Below are positions 34,363 to 39,980 of a stretch of DNA of 39,980 bases, one piece after another. Origin of the DNA: a virus (lineage: Duplodnaviria; Caudoviricetes); IMG/VR virus record IMGVR_UViG_3300032243_000128, positions 1 through 39,980 of that record; one strand, 5' to 3'. A program made the translations under genes and the position numbers. A model generated the notes under the pieces. That model did not search any database, was not told the origin of the DNA, and worked only from the letters and a program-made list of their open reading frames with translations. Numbering within the stretch: the stretch's first letter is position 1; the number at the start of each line of letters is the position of its first letter.

Positions 34363-34787
34363 AATTAGTACACATACAACAAGCTTTGTTTGCAGCGTAT
34401 GACATGAGCAACGCAATGAGTAGAGAGGATAGACGCAAGCCCACTGAGGGAGAGAGTATGGGCGAGTGCTTGGATGAAATCATCGGCACACTTGAGAACC
34501 TCGAAGCAGAGATAGAAAAAGAAGTTAACGAGGACAGCGAAATCGTTGACACCAAACTACCAAACATACATCAACACTTCTTTGCCGCTAGTGCGTTTGA
34601 CTATTGTGCATCGACACCAACACGAGACCTGCGTGAGGTCATATCAATCATGGAGAAGTACAACCACTCTTACAACCTGTACCTAGTACCTGTCTCGCAT
34701 GACACACCATACGAGATTAACTTCTATCAACCACAAGTTGAGGGAACGCAGTGGCTCGGCTACTTTGAAGTCAACAAGGGAGAGTAA
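34359..34787 (+). CDS. Hypothetical early protein
   Basis: GTG 34359 after GGAGGAG. Confidence 0.7.
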   Translation: MKLVHIQQALFAAYDMSNAMSREDRRKPTEGESMGECLDEIIGTLENLEAEIEKEVNEDSEIVDTKLPNIHQHFFAASAFDYCASTPTRDLREVISIMEKYNHSYNLYLVPVSHDTPYEINFYQPQVEGTQWLGYFEVNKGE

Positions 34788-35060
34788 ATGAAATTTAGAG
34801 ATGTACCCGATGCGGCATGGGATGCCGAGCCTACGCCGATACCAACCAAGACAGTGGTGTCGTATGACTGGGATGCACTGCGCTTAGTCCTTGAGACTCA
34901 AGGCTTTGTTGTCATCGAGTCCGAAGTAACACGCCGCTTGAGCACAGGCGCAGAGGAATCCGTACTGGTCAAAATGTTCAACAGTTACATGAGGACTACT
35001 AAGAAAACAAAACTGTTCACACGCAGACTCAGCAAGACACGCTGGATATGCACAACCTAA
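34788..35060 (+). CDS. Hypothetical early protein
   Basis: 90 aa abutting upstream stop, GGGAG SD. Confidence 0.7.
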   Translation: MKFRDVPDAAWDAEPTPIPTKTVVSYDWDALRLVLETQGFVVIESEVTRRLSTGAEESVLVKMFNSYMRTTKKTKLFTRRLSKTRWICTT

Positions 35061-35087
35061 CAACGCAGGACTAATTGTTCTGTCAAC

Positions 35088-35113
35088 AAATGGGGGTAAG
35101 CCTACCCCCATTT
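35088..35113. repeat. 26-bp palindrome, copy 5
   Basis: AAATGGGGGT-AAGCCT-ACCCCCATTT. Confidence 0.95.
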
Positions 35114-35168
35114 CATCGACGTGTGTCTCACACACAAAACAAAACTAAATTAACTTTGGAGAAGTAAC

Positions 35169-36977
35169 ATGAAACTGTACCTCATTTCTTTTGTCCCTAG
35201 CGACACTGACAATCACGCCACTCGCACCCTGTTATTAGTTAACGCACTTGGTGAGTTCAAGGGGCTTGAGCTGTCTGACAGTTGTGTCGCGCAGATCGGC
35301 GTTCCCAATGCCGAGATCAGCTACCACAGCTGGGATCATCCACACAGCATCTTCAGATTCATCGACAGCTGGGATGAGTTAATGGCAGCCATTGAGTCAT
35401 TCCGTAACAAGCTTGCGACTGCGTTCGATTGCGAGGTGACTGCCAATGTGCAGGAATTAACGGGCGACGCACGCAAGTGGTTCTTGACTGTCGGTATGTG
35501 TGAGCTAGTGTGTCGTTGCCTTGACTCTATCGTTGGTAGCCTGCCATATGGCGGTGAGAACAACAAGCGCGAACGTTTGGACGATCTCACTGCCCATATA
35601 AGTTCTCGTGTTGGCAAGAAAACTACACCTTTCATTAGCTGGAAGGGTCAGCACTATGAAAACCCTTACAGCTACTCGTACCACAAGACGAAGGCTCGCC
35701 ACATCGGTGAGGCTATCGCTCAGTCCATCCGAGATGGTTGCGATAGGTTCAGCGGGGAGTTCATGCCCGACTACGATACCAACTCTAGTCTGTATCAACG
35801 CTTCGTACAAGCCGCGTCTGCTGTGTTAGGTGCTCAAGACATTAGCCTTGAGATTGTCGAGCAGTACTGCGACCACTGGGATTATCCACACAACACATCC
35901 GAGGTGAGCATTGGGCGTGGTCGCTATCGTTCCTACTGTCAATGCTGTGTTGAGGACAACGAGGTAGTCGTTGAGACATATGACACTGGCGTCTTGATGT
36001 TGCGTGATAACGCGTACTTCAACGACAACAATGATGAGTGGTATGAGAACGAGCCAGAGGATCTGTACGATGACAACGACGAGGATGATGACAATGATAC
36101 TAGTCGCCTAATGTCATACAGAACCAACATACTTAAGGTGCTTAGCAAGGATGGTTCGTTCGAGTCGTCTGCGTTCGGTGAGTTCCACATGGGCATCGAG
36201 CTCGAGCTTGCGACCAACGGCTTTGTCCACGAGGCGGTCGATGATCTGCGTAGCCAGCTCGGTGAGGACTACATCATCTGTAAGTCGGATGGCTCGTTGC
36301 CTTCGGGCGGTGTCGAGATTGTCACGACTCCACGCGGCTTAGCTGACCACATCAAACGCTTCAAGGCATGGCAAGTCAGCAGTCTGTATCGTGCATGGAA
36401 CACAGGCGTGTGCGGTATGCACGTGCATCTTGACTCTCATGCGTTCACTCGCATGACGTTGGGTAAGTTCATCGTGTTCATCAATGACGCTAAGAATGCC
36501 GATTTCATCCGCAAGATCGCAGGTCGTCATCCACACATTGACAGCCAAGCGCAGTCATACTGTGCCGCTGAGGGGCAGGAAGTTCTTAACAATCCATCCA
36601 AGGCGTTGAAGGGTAAGAGCACTAACCGCTATTACATGGTCAACACCACGTGCTTGCGTAGAGCAGAGGCCGAACGCTTGGGTGTGCATTATGTTGGTGA
36701 GCGTCAGTTCGATACTGTCGAGCTTCGCATCTTCCGCGCATCCCTCAAGAAAGAGCGACTGCTTGCACAGATCGAGTTCACTCATGCTGTCGTCATGTTC
36801 TGTCGCATCGCAAGTATGCGTGACCTCGATGGCGTGTCGTTCCTCAAGTGGCTCAAGGCTACCGACAACCGCTATCCACATCTGTCTGACTGGTACGGCA
36901 TCCGCCGTCGTGTGGGTGCGAAGAATGCTGCACCCACTGAGTCGATCTGCACTGACACCATCGCGTCTACCGACTAA
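35169..36977 (+). CDS. Putative amidoligase (COOH-NH2 ligase, glutamine synthetase-like fold) with long N-terminal extension
   Basis: 'MGIELEL', 'SDGSL..GVEIVT.P', 'CGMHVH', 'RY..VN', 'TVELRIF' motifs. Confidence 0.85.
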   Translation: MKLYLISFVPSDTDNHATRTLLLVNALGEFKGLELSDSCVAQIGVPNAEISYHSWDHPHSIFRFIDSWDELMAAIESFRNKLATAFDCEVTANVQELTGDARKWFLTVGMCELVCRCLDSIVGSLPYGGENNKRERLDDLTAHISSRVGKKTTPFISWKGQHYENPYSYSYHKTKARHIGEAIAQSIRDGCDRFSGEFMPDYDTNSSLYQRFVQAASAVLGAQDISLEIVEQYCDHWDYPHNTSEVSIGRGRYRSYCQCCVEDNEVVVETYDTGVLMLRDNAYFNDNNDEWYENEPEDLYDDNDEDDDNDTSRLMSYRTNILKVLSKDGSFESSAFGEFHMGIELELATNGFVHEAVDDLRSQLGEDYIICKSDGSLPSGGVEIVTTPRGLADHIKRFKAWQVSSLYRAWNTGVCGMHVHLDSHAFTRMTLGKFIVFINDAKNADFIRKIAGRHPHIDSQAQSYCAAEGQEVLNNPSKALKGKSTNRYYMVNTTCLRRAEAERLGVHYVGERQFDTVELRIFRASLKKERLLAQIEFTHAVVMFCRIASMRDLDGVSFLKWLKATDNRYPHLSDWYGIRRRVGAKNAAPTESICTDTIASTD

Positions 36978-37008
36978 TCCATAACACTCAAACGAAAGGA
37001 ACATCACT

Positions 37009-38121
37009 ATGTGTTTAATCATCACTGGCACTTCTGCCAAAATCCGTTCGACTCTGCTCGACACACACGCACTCATCAGCGACATCTACACCAGTAATCC
37101 TGATGGCATCGGCATCATGTATGCAACGACCAAGGGCTTGAAGGTTGTCAAGGTATTGCCTAAGTCTCTCGCTGACGCAACGCAGTTCATTACCAAGTTA
37201 CCCAACGATGATCGTGAGCTTGCGATTCACTTCCGCTGGACTACGCATGGTCATACCGATATGACTAACTGCCATCCATACGATGTCATCCCTGGCTATG
37301 TTGCGATGATGCACAACGGCGTGTTGCATACAGGCAATGCTGCCGACAAGTCCAAGTCCGACACATGGCATTTCATCCATGACTATCTTGCCAGTCCTGT
37401 TGCTGAGCATCCTGCTCTCGTGCACAACGAGAAGTTCCTCGACATGGTTGCCGAGTTCATCGGTGACAATCGCTTCGTGTTCATGGATGGTGATGGCAAG
37501 ATGAGCCATGTCAACTATGACCAAGGCATCGAGCACGACGGCTTGTGGTTCAGCAATACGTATGCATGGAGACCTAGCCGATTGATCCCGTCGTATCAGT
37601 ACTCGACTAAGTATTCCGCACGTTACTACGACAGTATGTATGAGGACTACAAGTATGACAACTCATACGGCGGTTACAAGTCCCTGCCTTCCAACTCATG
37701 GAAGGACGAGGAGGATGCGTATGAGATCAAGCCCCGCAAGTTATCTGCACATGACCCTGCGTGGGACGAGGATGACTACGAGTTTGCTGATGACACAGCG
37801 CTGACGCTTGACCCTATGGACTTGCTTGATGTCTTGATGGGTGCAGATGTTGACTCTGTGTCAGACCTGCTCGAGGAGGCACCAGAGACTACTATAAACA
37901 TTCTCTGCAACACGTTCACGTGTGAGCCAACCCCGTGGGTTAAGGCTAGCGATATGTCCGTGCTTGAGAACAGCATCTACCAAGCGTTCCTTGCTGGCGA
38001 TGCTGTTGCCTTGCTGGACACTGTGGAGGCTGGGCTGAATGGTAACGTAGCTGACGTTGCTTGCTATTACCTGAACTGGTCGTACAGACTGGACAAGCAG
38101 GTATTGCCAGCATTGCTGTAA
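37009..38121 (+). CDS. Class II (Ntn) glutamine amidotransferase
   Basis: Cys2 nucleophile (MCLII), 'NPDGIG', 'HFRWTTHG', 'NCHPY', 'HNG', 'SDT', 'WFSN'; acidic C-terminal tail. Confidence 0.9.
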   Translation: MCLIITGTSAKIRSTLLDTHALISDIYTSNPDGIGIMYATTKGLKVVKVLPKSLADATQFITKLPNDDRELAIHFRWTTHGHTDMTNCHPYDVIPGYVAMMHNGVLHTGNAADKSKSDTWHFIHDYLASPVAEHPALVHNEKFLDMVAEFIGDNRFVFMDGDGKMSHVNYDQGIEHDGLWFSNTYAWRPSRLIPSYQYSTKYSARYYDSMYEDYKYDNSYGGYKSLPSNSWKDEEDAYEIKPRKLSAHDPAWDEDDYEFADDTALTLDPMDLLDVLMGADVDSVSDLLEEAPETTINILCNTFTCEPTPWVKASDMSVLENSIYQAFLAGDAVALLDTVEAGLNGNVADVACYYLNWSYRLDKQVLPALL

Positions 38122-38125
38122 TTAG

Positions 38126-38151
38126 TATTGGGGGTAATTTTACCCCCATTT
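38126..38151. repeat. 26-bp palindrome, copy 6
   Basis: TATTGGGGGT-AATTTT-ACCCCCATTT. Confidence 0.95.
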
Positions 38152-38169
38152 TTTAAACCAAGGAGAAGA

Positions 38170-38592
38170 ATGATGAAGATAGCAGTACTGAACACACCTT
38201 ATGTAGATTTGGATGACTTGATTGAAGAACACGGAGAAACCAAAGCAGAAGCCTTGTTCGAGCAATTCAGAAATACACCGCCAAAGGGAGAACCCGATAA
38301 GGAGTTTGCACAAAGCATTGTTGACCGCTTGCCGAAAGGTATGGCGGTGCTGGCAAAAGTCGAATGGATGTTAGAAAACCCCGAATCTGAATCGGATTTG
38401 CATTGGTGCCAGCTCTACCACTTTGACTTCCCAACAATAAAAAGCTGGGGGATGATTGAGGTAGGAGGCAACCACTACTACGCATATGTCGAGGGCGATG
38501 ACAATGGTGGTGAAACATGGAAGCATCAGGGGGACGCTATCCAGTATCTTGAAGACACAGTTACACGATTAGGAAAGGAGAAAGCAAAATGA
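38170..38592 (+). CDS. Hypothetical acidic protein
   Basis: ATG 38170/38173 after AAGGAGAAG. Confidence 0.75.
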   Translation: MMKIAVLNTPYVDLDDLIEEHGETKAEALFEQFRNTPPKGEPDKEFAQSIVDRLPKGMAVLAKVEWMLENPESESDLHWCQLYHFDFPTIKSWGMIEVGGNHYYAYVEGDDNGGETWKHQGDAIQYLEDTVTRLGKEKAK

Positions 38593-38825
38593 GATTATGT
38601 TTTTGGAGAAGTGACAGGTACTCATCATATCTTGAAGCAACGGCAGAGGGTGGGTTGCGTGAGATAAGTGGGTTGCATACTGAGTACCGCAGACTGTACG
38701 AAACGGGCGGTGACTTGGCAGATACCCTTGACGCGATACACATCACGGCTCGCATGATGGACGACAAAGCAAGGCTTAGCTATCTCCTGCTTGATGATGA
38801 CGGTACGTTCTTGGACGCTTGTTAA
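38589..38825 (+). CDS. Hypothetical protein
   Basis: ATGA overlap, AAGGAG SD. Confidence 0.6.
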   Translation: MRLCFWRSDRYSSYLEATAEGGLREISGLHTEYRRLYETGGDLADTLDAIHITARMMDDKARLSYLLLDDDGTFLDAC

Positions 38826-38841
38826 ACAAAGGAGAAATGAA

Positions 38842-39123
38842 ATGACTGACAAGACATACAACGGCTGGACAAACTACGCCACATGGCGTGTGAACCTTGA
38901 GATATTCGATGGAAATGAGTTGGATGAACTGTTCGACTTGACTCTGCCCGTTGAACAACTGCGCCATGTGTTGCAGGACTACGTACAGGGGCACATCTAC
39001 GAAGCGGGTGGTGGCGATGGCAACATTGCTGTGGACTATGCGCTAGCATTCTTGTCCGATGTGAATTGGTACGAGATAGCAAAGCACATGATTGAAGATT
39101 ACAAAGAAGAGATTGAAGAGTAA
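38842..39123 (+). CDS. Conserved phage hypothetical protein ('YNGWTNYATW' family)
   Basis: ATG 38842 after AAGGAG; 'YNGWTNYATWRVNL' and 'VNWYEIA' motifs. Confidence 0.8.
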   Translation: MTDKTYNGWTNYATWRVNLEIFDGNELDELFDLTLPVEQLRHVLQDYVQGHIYEAGGGDGNIAVDYALAFLSDVNWYEIAKHMIEDYKEEIEE

Positions 39124-39142
39124 TCACTAACTTGTCAAACAG

Positions 39143-39171
39143 TTGACAACCTCGGGAAACCGAGGTACATT
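39143..39171 (+). promoter_or_regulatory. Sigma70-like promoter with overlapping palindrome and hairpin
   Basis: TTGACA-N17-TACATT; the -35 is the right arm of TTGTCAA-ACAG-TTGACAA and the spacer is ACCTCGG-GAAA-CCGAGGT. Confidence 0.7.
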
Positions 39172-39192
39172 TTTTATTCAAGGAGGAGCATC

Positions 39193-39720
39193 ATGCCAGA
39201 CTTAAAAAGCGAAATGAGTAAGGTTCTCAATGAGTGGGAACAAGACGCACAACAAACACAGGAGAAGCAAGTGCCAAAACAAATATTCACACCAACCAAC
39301 AACGTAACGCAAGAGACGTTTATCTACGTGCGAGACAACCCAAACAAAACAAGCAGTGAGGTATGCGATGCGCTTGAGGTGAGGGGATTCAAGCGGTCAT
39401 CTGTTGGGTCGTTGCTCACGCAGTTTGTGAAGCAGAATCAAATGACAAAAGACCATAACAGCAGGCTTAGAACCTCTGTGCCGAGGTACGTACCGCTGAA
39501 GTCCACAAGACAGTTAAGAGCAGAAGGCAAGCGAGCAAACAAGATTGTACAAATCAAGAGCAAGCCAAAGAGTGCAGGCATCGCCGCTTTGCATGTCGAT
39601 ACTACGACACAAACATCTTTCTCAGTAACACCGTGGACTACAGACGGCATCATCAGCAAACTCAGCGTCATACAAGCGCGTGCCTTGTACGATGAGCTGA
39701 AGAAAATCTTTGGAGGTTGA
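39193..39720 (+). CDS. Putative winged-helix DNA-binding protein
   Basis: AGGAGG SD; 'FIYVRDNPNKTSSEVCDAL...SSVGSLLTQFVKQNQM' HTH-like segment. Confidence 0.6.
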   Translation: MPDLKSEMSKVLNEWEQDAQQTQEKQVPKQIFTPTNNVTQETFIYVRDNPNKTSSEVCDALEVRGFKRSSVGSLLTQFVKQNQMTKDHNSRLRTSVPRYVPLKSTRQLRAEGKRANKIVQIKSKPKSAGIAALHVDTTTQTSFSVTPWTTDGIISKLSVIQARALYDELKKIFGG

Positions 39721-39721
39721 T

Positions 39722-39841
39722 ATGTGGGATGTACTTATAACTGTGACCCTCATGGGGTTTGGTGCCGTAGCACTGATAACTATCTGCGGTCTGATTGGAT
39801 GGGCGATATTTTTTATTCAGAACGGAGGTAGGGATGACTGA
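39722..39841 (+). CDS. Small membrane peptide (39 aa)
   Basis: GGAGG SD; MWDVLITVTLMGFGAVALITICGLIGWAIFFIQNGGRDD. Confidence 0.65.
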   Translation: MWDVLITVTLMGFGAVALITICGLIGWAIFFIQNGGRDD

Positions 39842-39980
39842 ATTCAACAGACCAACAAACCCACCAGCATTTCCAAATGCTCATTACCACAACGTATCTG
39901 GCATGACCTTGCGTGACTACTTTGCGGCAAAGGCTATGCAAGGATATATTTCAGCAAGGGGATGGCATCCTGACTTCACC
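39834..39980 (+). CDS. Conserved phage protein ('PAFP...GMTLRDYFAAKAMQ' family), truncated by window end
   Basis: GGAGG SD; MTEFNRPTNPPAFP...GMTLRDYFAAKAMQG. Confidence 0.8.
   Translation, partial: MTEFNRPTNPPAFPNAHYHNVSGMTLRDYFAAKAMQGYISARGWHPDFT

Noticed and set aside
31505-38151. 26-bp palindromes as a CRISPR array or integron attC sites
   Set aside because: Intervals are 0.4-3 kb and contain genes. There are no cas genes or integrase in the window, and no RYYYAAC/GTTRRRY attC ends.
31706-39671. Minus-strand ORFs in the early arm (e.g. 36555..37085, 33952..34416), some starting MGV.LPP
   Set aside because: They are antisense to well-supported genes. The recurring 'MGVxLPP' starts are simply translations of the 26-bp palindrome.
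1-39980. Stop-codon reassignment or tRNA genes
   Set aside because: Genes tile densely under the standard code with TAA, TGA and TAG all used as stops. No cloverleaf with T-loop/D-loop consensus was recognised by eye.

Overview
About 40 kb of a tailed dsDNA bacteriophage genome with a podovirus-like gene order. No tRNA, rRNA, CRISPR array or integrase was recognised. There are two divergent arms. The minus-strand late arm (31101 to <1) encodes a putative small terminase, large terminase, portal, GroES-like co-chaperonin, scaffold and major capsid protein. It continues with decoration/fibre proteins, a cluster of small basic proteins sharing short peptide motifs, neck/tail proteins, two paralogous fibre+cupin modules, a lysis cassette (holin, M15 peptidase endolysin), a tail nozzle-like protein and an internal virion protein. 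An acidic moron gene and an opposite-strand HNH gene are inserted after the capsid gene. The plus-strand early arm (31559 to >39980) holds small hypothetical genes and an amidoligase + class II glutamine amidotransferase pair. The most notable non-coding signals are: (1) a candidate ~88-nt sRNA between the arms, with its own promoter and terminator, whose exposed anti-Shine-Dalgarno seed is complementary to the extended RBS of many early genes; (2) six copies of a 26-bp palindrome, AAATGGGGGT-N6-ACCCCCATTT, punctuating the early genes; (3) an origin-like symmetric AT-rich region; (4) a pseudoknot-capable leader; (5) a probable ATT start codon. All protein assignments come from motif recognition by eye and gene order; no database searches were run.
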